Shown: in pieces, positions 26,488 through 34,383 of the stretch
How positions within the stretch are numbered: position 1 is the stretch's first letter
Layout: the number at the start of each line of letters is the position of its first letter
Source of the DNA: an uncultured Rhodothermales bacterium
Lineage (GTDB): Bacteria; Bacteroidota; Rhodothermia; Rhodothermales; CAZKDQ01
Assembly: GCA_964551345.1 (NCBI GenBank)
Contig: CAZKDQ010000004.1
Coordinates: 12,036 to 55,276, forward strand
Length of the DNA: 43,241 nucleotides
Reading direction: 5' to 3'
Translations under genes and position numbers: made by a program
The notes under the pieces: generated by a model
The model's database searches: none
What the model saw: the letters and a program-made list of their open reading frames with translations, nothing else
What the model was told of the DNA's origin: nothing

Positions 26488-27417
26488 TCAAGCCATCCGA
26501 CGACGTTTGTTGATGTAGGCGAGCAGGGCTTCGTCGTATGGCTGAGCCGTGTCCACTTCCACAAAGTCAATGTTGTGTTCGCGGCACTGCCTGCGAAATC
26601 GATCAGAGAAATGTGTTGATGCTTCTTCGTAATGATCCCGAAGCTGCGACGGCTGCAGCGTGATCTCCTCGCCGGTTTCCATATCGCGAAAGACCATCGG
26701 TACATCAGGAAATCGGAAGCGACGTTCCGTTTCCGATTCCAGGATGTGGAAGACGAGCACCTCGTGGCCGCGATGCCGGAGATGCCGAAGCGCCCGAAGA
26801 AGCTCGTTGTGGCGCCCGACGTTTTCGAAGAGATCGGTCATCACGACGACGAGCGATCTTCTACCGATCCGCTCAGCCACCTGGCTCAGCGCGGAAGCAG
26901 CGCCGGTTTTGCGCCTGGTGGAATCGCTCGTGTTGATGCGCTCAATCTCCACAAGCAGCTGTCTCAGGTAAGACGGCGTACTCTTTGGCGCAAGCAGCGT
27001 CTGAATGGTCTCATCGAAGGTGATGAGGCCGGTTGCATCGCGTTGCTTGAGCATCAGGTAATGCAACGCGGCCGCGAGATGTGATGCATACTCGAGCTTA
27101 TTAAGCTCCGCCCGCTCCCGATATCGCATCGAAGGCGATACGTCGAGTACGACGTGGTGCCGAAGGTTCGTTTCCTCCTCGAACTGCTTGACGTAGTGGC
27201 GGTCCGTCTTGGCGAACACTTTCCAGTCGACGTGCCGCAGCTCATCACCAGGATTGTACGGCCGATGTTCGGCAAATTCGACCGAGAAGCCATGATACGG
27301 GCTCTTGTGCATGCCGGTCATGAAGCCTTCCACGATCATTCGGGCTCGCAACTCGAGGTTGTTGAGGCGCGAGACGACGATCGGGTCAAGGAAGCGAAGA
27401 GGCGAGGAGGCGGCCAT
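26488..27417 (-). CDS. DUF58-family (vWA-like) protein
   Basis: 309 aa from ATG 27417. HKSPYHGFSVEFAEHRPYNPGDELRHVDWKVFAKTDRHYVKQFEEE is the DUF58 signature, and LDVSPSM is a MIDAS-like DxSxS. The longer ORF to 27843 would run antisense through pyrR. Confidence 0.88.
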   Translation of the reverse strand: MAASSPLRFLDPIVVSRLNNLELRARMIVEGFMTGMHKSPYHGFSVEFAEHRPYNPGDELRHVDWKVFAKTDRHYVKQFEEETNLRHHVVLDVSPSMRYRERAELNKLEYASHLAAALHYLMLKQRDATGLITFDETIQTLLAPKSTPSYLRQLLVEIERINTSDSTRRKTGAASALSQVAERIGRRSLVVVMTDLFENVGRHNELLRALRHLRHRGHEVLVFHILESETERRFRFPDVPMVFRDMETGEEITLQPSQLRDHYEEASTHFSDRFRRQCREHNIDFVEVDTAQPYDEALLAYINKRRRMA

Positions 27418-27513
27418 GAAATCCCGGCAAGGTTCGGAGTCGGCTCTTTGATCATGTGACCGGCTACCGGTTCCGTGCGTATCTTGGGCCGCCCCGGAGT
27501 ACATGCGACTCAA

Positions 27514-28095
27514 ATGGATCGGATCAAGGCCCAACTCATGGATGTGTCGGCGCTCGAGCGCACGCTCGACCGAATGGCGCATCAAATTGCCGAAGCGATA
27601 GAGCCCGGAGAAGCCTTCTCCAGATTGGCTCTGATCGGAATGCAGACGCGCGGCGTGCATCTTGCGCGGCGCCTCCGCGAAAGGATCCTGAGAGAAGACG
27701 ATGTTGAGTTGCCGCTGGGCATTCTCGATTCCACGATGTATCGCGATGATTTCCGTATGCGAACGCAGCCGACGGTGCGGGTCACGGACGTCCCGTTCGA
27801 CGTCACCGGCCGGCATGTCGTGCTCGTTGACGACGTCATCCACACCGGACGAACGGCGCGAGCAGCGCTGGATGCACTGACGGATCTTGGACGCCCGGCT
27901 TCGGTGCGATTTCTTGCCATCATCGATCGCGGCGAGCGCGAGCTGCCGATATGTGCCGACATCATTGGACGCCAGGTGCCGACGCTGCCGGGCGAAGAGG
28001 TGCGAGTCCGCCTTTCAGAAATCGATGATCAGGAGGGCGTCTGGCTAGTCGACCTCAACTCCTTCGACGATCAGACCCAGGAAACACAACGGTGA
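27514..28095 (+). CDS. pyrR: Bifunctional pyr operon regulator / uracil phosphoribosyltransferase PyrR
   Basis: Start at ATG 27514. [18 protein letters not shown] and the PRPP loop [18 protein letters not shown] are present. The stop overlaps the pyrB GTG (GTGA at 28092-28095). Confidence 0.9.
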   Translation: MDRIKAQLMDVSALERTLDRMAHQIAEAIEPGEAFSRLALIGMQTRGVHLARRLRERILREDDVELPLGILDSTMYRDDFRMRTQPTVRVTDVPFDVTGRHVVLVDDVIHTGRTARAALDALTDLGRPASVRFLAIIDRGERELPICADIIGRQVPTLPGEEVRVRLSEIDDQEGVWLVDLNSFDDQTQETQR

Positions 28096-29048
28096 TCGAA
28101 GCTCCCGGCATCTCGTCGCTCCACCACCGTCATCTGCTCGGCCTCGCAACATACGGCGCCGATGAAATCCGGCTCATTCTCCACACCGCGCGTCAGTTTC
28201 GTGAGGTGCTCGAACGCCCGATCAAACGCGTTCCGACGCTGAGGGGAATCACGGTTTGCAACCTGTTCTTCGAGTCGTCGACGAGAACGCGCCTGTCTTT
28301 CGAACTCGCGGAAAAGCGGCTTTCGGCGGATGTCGTCAACTTCTCGTCCTCTGGCTCCTCGGTGGCAAAGGGCGAGACGCTGAAGGATACCGCGCAGAAC
28401 ATCGAGGCGATGAAGGTCGATGTAGCGGTCGTGCGCCATCGGTCTCCAGGAGCGGCGCACTTCCTGACACGCTGCGTGGAATCTGTCGTCATCAATGCGG
28501 GCGACGGCGCTCACGAGCATCCGACTCAAGCCTTGCTGGATTTGATGACGATGTCCGACATCATACAGTCCTTTGATGGGCTCAACGTGTCGATCATCGG
28601 AGATATCAGCCACAGCCGCGTCGCGCGGTCGAACATCTACGGCCTGCGCGCGCTCGGCGCAAATGTGACGCTCTGCGGGCCGCGGACGATGATCCCGTTC
28701 GGCATCGAACGCATGGGCGTACGTGTGACGAGCCGTTTGGATGAGGCGCTTGACGGATGCGACGTCGCGATGGCACTGCGTATCCAGGTCGAGCGGCAGG
28801 ATGAGGGGCTTTTCCCGAGCCTCCGGGAATATCACGAACGCTTCGGCATCACCAGGCGCCACCTCGATGCGAACCCGGACCTCTGGATCATGCACCCGGG
28901 GCCGGTAAACCGTGGCGTCGAACTTGAAAGCGAAGTCGTCGATCACGAGCGCGCCGTGATCCTCAATCAGGTTACGAACGGCCTGGCCGTCCGAATGGCA
29001 GCACTTTATCTGCTCGCTATGCCCGGATCAACCGGCGAAATTGCGTAG
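28092..29048 (+). CDS. pyrB: Aspartate carbamoyltransferase catalytic subunit
   Basis: 318 aa: [31 protein letters not shown] and HPGPVNRG. Confidence 0.95.
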   Translation: MIEAPGISSLHHRHLLGLATYGADEIRLILHTARQFREVLERPIKRVPTLRGITVCNLFFESSTRTRLSFELAEKRLSADVVNFSSSGSSVAKGETLKDTAQNIEAMKVDVAVVRHRSPGAAHFLTRCVESVVINAGDGAHEHPTQALLDLMTMSDIIQSFDGLNVSIIGDISHSRVARSNIYGLRALGANVTLCGPRTMIPFGIERMGVRVTSRLDEALDGCDVAMALRIQVERQDEGLFPSLREYHERFGITRRHLDANPDLWIMHPGPVNRGVELESEVVDHERAVILNQVTNGLAVRMAALYLLAMPGSTGEIA

Positions 29049-29132
29049 ACGACCGGATCCATTGGTCAAACTGGCTGACTTAAGATTCCCGACGTCTTAG
29101 AGCGGAATCCGTCGGATTGAGAAGCGCCACCG

Positions 29133-29804
29133 TCACGCCCGATTGAAGACGGTTTGACTGCGCCGCCGATCCTCATCCGTTGCCACCTCCGGATTCAGCC
29201 ACTCGATGAGCGCAGCATAGTTGCGACTCTTCGGATCGCGCATCTGATAGTCTGGAATGAGGGCCAGCACGTTGAACCCATGCTTTAGCTGGAAAGAAAG
29301 CGTCGCATCGTAGCGTTCTCCAGCGATGACCTCCCGGACGTACTGCTGCGGGCTCATCGATCCGGACACAGCCGCGTATCCCGGAAGGCGCGCGCCGGCG
29401 CGGATCCGCAGTAGACCGAGCCGCTGGACGAGCTCCCGCCTCGCCTCGTAAATCACCGAACCGATGCCCTTCCCACGAAACTCCTGGTCAACCATCACCT
29501 CCGCACCGTAGAGCGTGCGCCCCGTCGGGTCGTGGTTGCGGAAGTAGCCGCTATCTGTGAAGTCGTCATAGCTGTCGAGGTTGTCGTAGTCGTCCCAGGA
29601 GACGATAAGGCTCGCCGCCATTCCTACTACAAAGTCATCTGCGTCGACCGCGACGAGCTGCCCCTCGGGAAAGACCTCGAGGTGCACGGACACGTAATCG
29701 GGCGACCACGGCAGATCGGTCGGATAGATCTTCCGCGAGATGTCCTCGATGCGCTGGAAATCGCGCGGTTGCGTCTGTCGAACGCGGTACGCGCCGCCGG
29801 TCAT
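29133..29804 (-). CDS. GNAT-family N-acetyltransferase
   Basis: 223 aa with the acetyl-CoA motif A VDQEFRGKGIGSVIYEARRELVQRLG. The ATG overlaps the stop of the upstream C-N hydrolase gene (ATGA at 29801-29804). Confidence 0.85.
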   Translation of the reverse strand: MTGGAYRVRQTQPRDFQRIEDISRKIYPTDLPWSPDYVSVHLEVFPEGQLVAVDADDFVVGMAASLIVSWDDYDNLDSYDDFTDSGYFRNHDPTGRTLYGAEVMVDQEFRGKGIGSVIYEARRELVQRLGLLRIRAGARLPGYAAVSGSMSPQQYVREVIAGERYDATLSFQLKHGFNVLALIPDYQMRDPKSRNYAALIEWLNPEVATDEDRRRSQTVFNRA

Positions 29805-30703
29805 ATCGTCTGCGTTTCGATGTGCTTGATAAGCTCCTTCGTGTACTTGCTGTCGTCGAGCGGAATGACGGTGCCGAACGACCGGGCATCCTCCGCCACA
29901 CGCACATCAAGCTCACCCACGATTACGTCTTCGTGATTGAGCGTGCCCTCGGCCATGATTCCATCACGGGAGAAGGCATAGTCGTTCGGTGTCAGGATCG
30001 AGGCCTGGCCGTAGTTGAGCGAGAAGTCACGCGTGCGCGGCAGTCCGCCGACGGTCGGCGAATTGATCACGAACATGTGGTTCTCGATCGTGCGAGCGTG
30101 GGCGCAGTAACGCACTCGCAGAAACCCATGGCGATCATCGGTGTCGCTGGGCACGCACAGGATGTGGGCGCCCTCACGCGCCATCTCGCGAATAAGCTCG
30201 GGAAACTCTACGTCATAACAGATCGCGATGGCGACCTTCCCGAAATCCGTTTCAAATACGCGCGGCACCGAGCGCTGTTGGATGTCCCAGTCCTCACGTT
30301 CGAAGCGCGTCATGTGCATCTTGCCCTGGATCGCGAAGCGGTTGTGCGGCGAGAAGAAGAACGAATCGTTGTAGACGCGATCATCCCCCTCATCGATGTT
30401 TGGGATGGTGCCCGCGACTATGTAAATGCCGTTCTCGACAGCGAGGCGCTGCATCATGTCGATGAAGCGCGGGACGTATGTCGCCACGTCGCGGATCTGA
30501 ACCTCGATGGGCCGCTTGATGTCTCCGAGCGACATCAGCTGCAGTGTGAAGTATTCGGACATCACCAGCAGCCGGCACCGATAATCAGCCGCAGTTTCGA
30601 CGACGGCCGAAACCTGGTCCTCGAACTGTTCGAACGTCTCGATGTGGCGCACGTAATACTGCGCCGCGGCAACGCGGATACGATCTCCGTATGGCTCTTT
30701 CAT
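29801..30703 (-). CDS. Carbon-nitrogen hydrolase (nitrilase superfamily) protein
   Basis: 300 aa: RVAAAQ near the N-terminus, a Glu in LLVMSEYF, a Lys in IQGKMHMTRFE, and the catalytic Cys block VAIAICYDVEFPE. Confidence 0.88.
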   Translation of the reverse strand: MKEPYGDRIRVAAAQYYVRHIETFEQFEDQVSAVVETAADYRCRLLVMSEYFTLQLMSLGDIKRPIEVQIRDVATYVPRFIDMMQRLAVENGIYIVAGTIPNIDEGDDRVYNDSFFFSPHNRFAIQGKMHMTRFEREDWDIQQRSVPRVFETDFGKVAIAICYDVEFPELIREMAREGAHILCVPSDTDDRHGFLRVRYCAHARTIENHMFVINSPTVGGLPRTRDFSLNYGQASILTPNDYAFSRDGIMAEGTLNHEDVIVGELDVRVAEDARSFGTVIPLDDSKYTKELIKHIETQTI

Positions 30704-30730
30704 GTGTAATCGGATTGGCTGGAGGGGATT

Positions 30731-30763
30731 GCGGAACCGCTTGACCCGGCGATGTGGTTCCGC
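30731..30763. promoter_or_regulatory. Perfect 8-bp inverted repeat in a divergent promoter region (candidate operator)
   Basis: GCGGAACC (30731-30738) and GGTTCCGC (30756-30763) are separated by 17 nt. They lie between the divergent C-N hydrolase start (30703) and the small ORF start (30820). A TTGACC lies inside the spacer. Confidence 0.4.
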
Positions 30764-30819
30764 GGCGCGGCTTTCAACGCTTGGGATGTGCCGGGATTGA
30801 CATCAGGAGGTTAATCGAC

Positions 30820-31095
30820 ATGATACATCTGATCAGGACGCCTGAGTCGCCGTATGCCGACGAGATCGAGGAGCGGCTGCAGGAGCTGGTTCTTGCGCAC
30901 GAGGTGGAAGTGGCGGATGCTGGTGATCACGATCACGATCAGCTTCCGCTAGTTCGCGAAAGCGGAAAGCAATATCGCGGGCGGCAACAGATTGATGGCT
31001 TCCTTGCCGAGATCAGCGGCGAGGTGATGACCGGGCGAGCGCTTCAGTCCGACTCATGTGTTCTCGACCCGGATCACCCATCCAGATGCCTGTAA
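30820..31095 (+). CDS. Small hypothetical protein, possibly a glutaredoxin-like fold without the CxxC active site
   Basis: 91 aa from ATG 30820, with AGGAGG at 30805-30810. SPYA occupies the position where glutaredoxins have CPYC. LPLVRESGKQYRGRQQIDGFL resembles the Grx LP.vfi.g..iGG.ddl block. The C-terminus has C-x10-C. The fold call is weak. Confidence 0.45.
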   Translation: MIHLIRTPESPYADEIEERLQELVLAHEVEVADAGDHDHDQLPLVRESGKQYRGRQQIDGFLAEISGEVMTGRALQSDSCVLDPDHPSRCL

Positions 31096-31147
31096 ACAAT
31101 TGCTCGACCCGAGCAAGAACTTCCGCTTGTCGGCTGACGGAGGAATC

Positions 31148-31858
31148 ATGGTGGATGGCGGGAGTGAGAAGCCGTTGATAGAACTGACGAACGTACACCG
31201 TTCATTCCAGGAAGGAACGCGGCGCCGCGAGGTTTTACGCGGGCTCGATCTTACGATCGGCGAAGGCGAGTGTGTGGTTCTTCTCGGCCGTAGTGGATCC
31301 GGAAAAAGCACGCTGCTGAATCTGATCAGCGGCATTGATAGGCCCAATGAAGGCGAAGTGCGGTTCAAGGCAATGCCGTTGCACGAGATGAATGAGCACG
31401 AGCGGACGCTCTTCCGCCGGCTCCACATCGGCTTCGTCTTTCAGGCATTCAACCTCATCCCCACACTCACGGTGGAGGAGAACGTTCGGATGCCGCTTGA
31501 GCTAAATCGTTTGCCTGACGGCGCAGATCGCGTCGCGATGTTGCTCGAAGAAGTGCGCCTGCGTGATCGGGCAGCGAGCTATCCGGATCGTTTGTCCGGC
31601 GGCGAGCAGCAGCGGGTGGCCGTTGCGCGGGCGCTCGTCCATGAGCCGGCTCTTCTGCTGGCTGATGAACCAACCGGCAACCTCGATGCCGACACGGCCG
31701 AGGATGTCCTTGACCTCATCGATCGACTTGTGCGGCAGCGCAGGCGGACGATGCTCATCGCCACGCATGACCGCGATGTGATTCGCCTCGCCGACCGAGT
31801 CATTACCCTGGATCATGGTCGACTGGTTGAAGTCGACGTGAGGCCGGAGGCGCCATGA
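31148..31858 (+). CDS. ABC transporter ATP-binding protein (MacB/LolD/AttE-like)
   Basis: Start at ATG 31148 with GGAGG upstream. Walker A GRSGSGKST, signature LSGGEQQRVAVARAL and Walker B LLLADEPTGNLD are present. Confidence 0.93.
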   Translation: MVDGGSEKPLIELTNVHRSFQEGTRRREVLRGLDLTIGEGECVVLLGRSGSGKSTLLNLISGIDRPNEGEVRFKAMPLHEMNEHERTLFRRLHIGFVFQAFNLIPTLTVEENVRMPLELNRLPDGADRVAMLLEEVRLRDRAASYPDRLSGGEQQRVAVARALVHEPALLLADEPTGNLDADTAEDVLDLIDRLVRQRRRTMLIATHDRDVIRLADRVITLDHGRLVEVDVRPEAP

Positions 31859-34383
31859 GGCGGCTGCTTCTACGCTCGGGCGCGCGCTACTACCGGCGTC
31901 ATCCATGGCTGTTCGCACTCAGCATACTCGGCGTCGCACTCGGGGTGGCGGTTGTCGTAGGCATCGATGTCGCCGGATCCAGCGCCCGACGAGCCTTCAC
32001 GCTTTCGACTGAAGCCGTCGCCGGACGTGCGACGCACCAGGTTCAACCTGCTGGTGGGATGCTGCCGGATTCAGTTTACCGGATGTTGCGCGTGGATCTC
32101 GGCTTCCGCGATTCGGCGCCTGTCGTCGAAGGCTACGTGCGCTCGCGTGGCCGAACGATCCGTATGCTGGGTATCGACCCGCTCGCTGAAGGGCCGTTTC
32201 GCGCATATACCTCCGAACGAAACTTCGACCTCGGGACGTTCATGACGCGGCCTTCGTTGTTGCTGTCGACCGGCCAGGCAGAGTCGATGGCGGTGTCGGA
32301 GGGTGACTGGCTGGACGTGCAAGTTGGAGGGGTCACCGACAGTCTTCGTGTGATCGCTCTGATCGAGCCAGGCGATGAGCGGATGCGCCGCGCTCTTCAG
32401 GATCTCGCAATCGTAGACATCGCGACCGCGCAGCGCCTGTTCAACGTGCGCGGTGAGGTGTCCTTCATTGACCTCATCATCCCTGAAGCGGATGAAGCCG
32501 CCGTAGTAGAACGGATTGAGGCTCACCTTCCGGGCGGAGTTAGCGTGCAGAGGTCGGAGGCGCGGACGCGAACGGTGGAGCAGATGACGCGCGCATTCGA
32601 ACTTAATCTCTCGGCGCTGAGTCTGCTGGCGCTGGTTGTGGGGATGTTCCTCATCTACAACACGATGACGTTCTCCGTTGTCCAGCGGCAGGGCGTGATC
32701 GGGCGAATGCGTGCAATGGGGGTGACGAGGCGTGAAATCGCACAGTCGGTACTCCTTGAAGCATTTGTAATTGCCATTCTCGGGACGGCAGCAGGATTCG
32801 CACTCGGCTATCTCCTGGCGAGCCAACTCGTCGGCCTCGTCACGCAGACGATCAACGACCTGTACTTTGTGGTCAACGTCAGCTCGCTTTCCCCAACACC
32901 GTGGACGGTTGTCAAGGGTGTCTTCCTCGGAACCGGCGCGACGTTGTTGACGGCGTATTTCCCATCTCGAGAAGCAGCCGGTTTTCCCGCAACCATCGCA
33001 CTTCAGCGTTCGAGCGAGGAAGAGCGAAGTAGGAGCCGCGCTCCGTGGCTGGCTGCGACAGGTCTGTTGATGTTGACGTCAGGATGCGCAGTGCTACTAC
33101 TCTCCGGGCGGAGCATCGTACTCAGTTACGTCGGGTTGCTCGGGCTCATTCTTGGATTTGCGCTGCTGGTACCGATGCTCACAATCGGCTTCACGCGCCT
33201 TGTAACACGCCCTTCCGGTTGGATCTTCGGTCTCACCGGGCGCATGGCTGCCCGCGGTTTGGCAACGTCCCTCAGCCGTCTCGCCGTGGCCGTCGCTGCC
33301 CTTACCGTCGCGATTGCAGCGACTATCGGCGTGGGCGTCATGGTAGAAAGCTTTCGCGATACGGTCGACGTGTGGCTCGGGCACACCCTCCGCGCCGACA
33401 TCTACGTGCAGCCGCCGTCGCTAATTTCACGCGGTGGAGAAGGCGAACTTCGGCCCGACGTATTGAGGCGCATCCGCAATGTGGAAGGAGTCGACCGCTC
33501 CTACACGGTTCGTTCTCGGCAGATCAATGTAATGGGACGCCCCGCGAATCTTGTTGCGATAGATGCCGATCCGGAAGACGCCGGTGCGTACCGCATGAAA
33601 GACGGCGATCCGCAGTTGGCGTGGGATCGCTTTACAACCGGTGAGGCGATCCTGATATCCGAGCCGTTCTCGTTTCGATCGAGCGTCTCGCGCGGTGATA
33701 GTCTCGCAGTTCCTACGGATGAGGGAACGGTGCGTCTTCCCGTCGCCGGTGTCTACTATGATTATGGATCTGACTTAGGCGTGATCATGATGAGCCGGCC
33801 GCTCTACGAGAGCCTGTACGACGATCGCATTCGGTCGGGGATATCGCTCATGGTGTCGCCGGGTCAGGACGTTGATGTGGTGATGGAGCGCGTGCGGGAA
33901 GAAACTGCGGGCCTCCAGGACCTCGTCATTCGTTCCAATCGCGGCCTGCGCGAAGCTTCGCTCGACGTATTCGATCGCACATTTCAAATCACCTCGATCC
34001 TGCGCCTTCTGACGATCCTCGTTGCCTTCGTCGGTGTCATATCGGCCTTCATGTCTTTGCAGCTCGAGAAGGTGAAGGAGATCGCAGTTATGCGCGCGCA
34101 GGGTTTCACACCTCGGCAGGTGCGCGGCTACGTTTCCATCCAGTCATTGCTCGCAGGCCTGCTTTCGGGTCTTCTCGCGCTTCCGTTGGGATTGATGCTC
34201 GCCGTTGTTCTCGTTTACGTCATCAACAAGCGGTCTTTCGGATGGACGCTTCAGTTCACTATTCCGCCGGACGTGTTGCTTCAGGCCGTGCTCGTTGCCG
34301 TCGTTGCGGCCTTTCTCGGCGCGCTGTATCCCGCCTGGCGCATGGCACGAACGAATCCGGGCCTCGCTCTGAGAGACGAATGA
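31855..34383 (+). CDS. ABC transporter permease with two FtsX-type modules (MacB/AttF-AttG-like)
   Basis: 842 aa. Two FtsX blocks are visible (LIYNTMTFSVVQRQGVIGRMRAMGVTRREI... and FMSLQLEKVKEIAVMRAQGFTPRQV...), each preceded by a large extracytoplasmic region. ATGA overlap with the ATPase gene. Confidence 0.9.
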   Translation: MRRLLLRSGARYYRRHPWLFALSILGVALGVAVVVGIDVAGSSARRAFTLSTEAVAGRATHQVQPAGGMLPDSVYRMLRVDLGFRDSAPVVEGYVRSRGRTIRMLGIDPLAEGPFRAYTSERNFDLGTFMTRPSLLLSTGQAESMAVSEGDWLDVQVGGVTDSLRVIALIEPGDERMRRALQDLAIVDIATAQRLFNVRGEVSFIDLIIPEADEAAVVERIEAHLPGGVSVQRSEARTRTVEQMTRAFELNLSALSLLALVVGMFLIYNTMTFSVVQRQGVIGRMRAMGVTRREIAQSVLLEAFVIAILGTAAGFALGYLLASQLVGLVTQTINDLYFVVNVSSLSPTPWTVVKGVFLGTGATLLTAYFPSREAAGFPATIALQRSSEEERSRSRAPWLAATGLLMLTSGCAVLLLSGRSIVLSYVGLLGLILGFALLVPMLTIGFTRLVTRPSGWIFGLTGRMAARGLATSLSRLAVAVAALTVAIAATIGVGVMVESFRDTVDVWLGHTLRADIYVQPPSLISRGGEGELRPDVLRRIRNVEGVDRSYTVRSRQINVMGRPANLVAIDADPEDAGAYRMKDGDPQLAWDRFTTGEAILISEPFSFRSSVSRGDSLAVPTDEGTVRLPVAGVYYDYGSDLGVIMMSRPLYESLYDDRIRSGISLMVSPGQDVDVVMERVREETAGLQDLVIRSNRGLREASLDVFDRTFQITSILRLLTILVAFVGVISAFMSLQLEKVKEIAVMRAQGFTPRQVRGYVSIQSLLAGLLSGLLALPLGLMLAVVLVYVINKRSFGWTLQFTIPPDVLLQAVLVAVVAAFLGALYPAWRMARTNPGLALRDE

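Noticed and set aside
26440-26510. Possible tRNA gene on the minus strand. It has the GGTTCGAATC T-loop word, an anticodon-like stem-loop reading CUUGAAG, and a 71-nt span closed by an 8-bp stem.
   Set aside because: The nucleotides flanking the T-loop word cannot form a T stem (TCCGG versus CTTAC). There is no D arm. The 5' part lies inside the DUF58 coding frame. It is not a functional cloverleaf, so it is kept only as a structured-element observation.
27418-27513. Searched the pyrR upstream leader for a PyrR-binding loop (Bacillus-type ARUCCAGAGAGGYU) and an attenuator.
   Set aside because: No convincing match was seen; only a loose CCCGGAG is present. No terminator/antiterminator pair could be drawn by eye.
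27418-27843. N-terminal 142-aa extension of the DUF58 ORF (ORF track 26488-27843).
   Set aside because: The extension runs antisense through the pyrR coding region and has no DUF58 similarity. ATG 27417 gives a normal-length DUF58 protein starting MAASSPLRFLDP.
28071-30709. ORF 28071-28946 (-) antisense to pyrB, and ORF 29822-30709 (+) antisense to the C-N hydrolase gene.
   Set aside because: The opposite-strand genes carry unambiguous family motifs (STRTR/HPTQ; the Glu-Lys-Cys blocks). These ORFs are GC-rich antisense artefacts.
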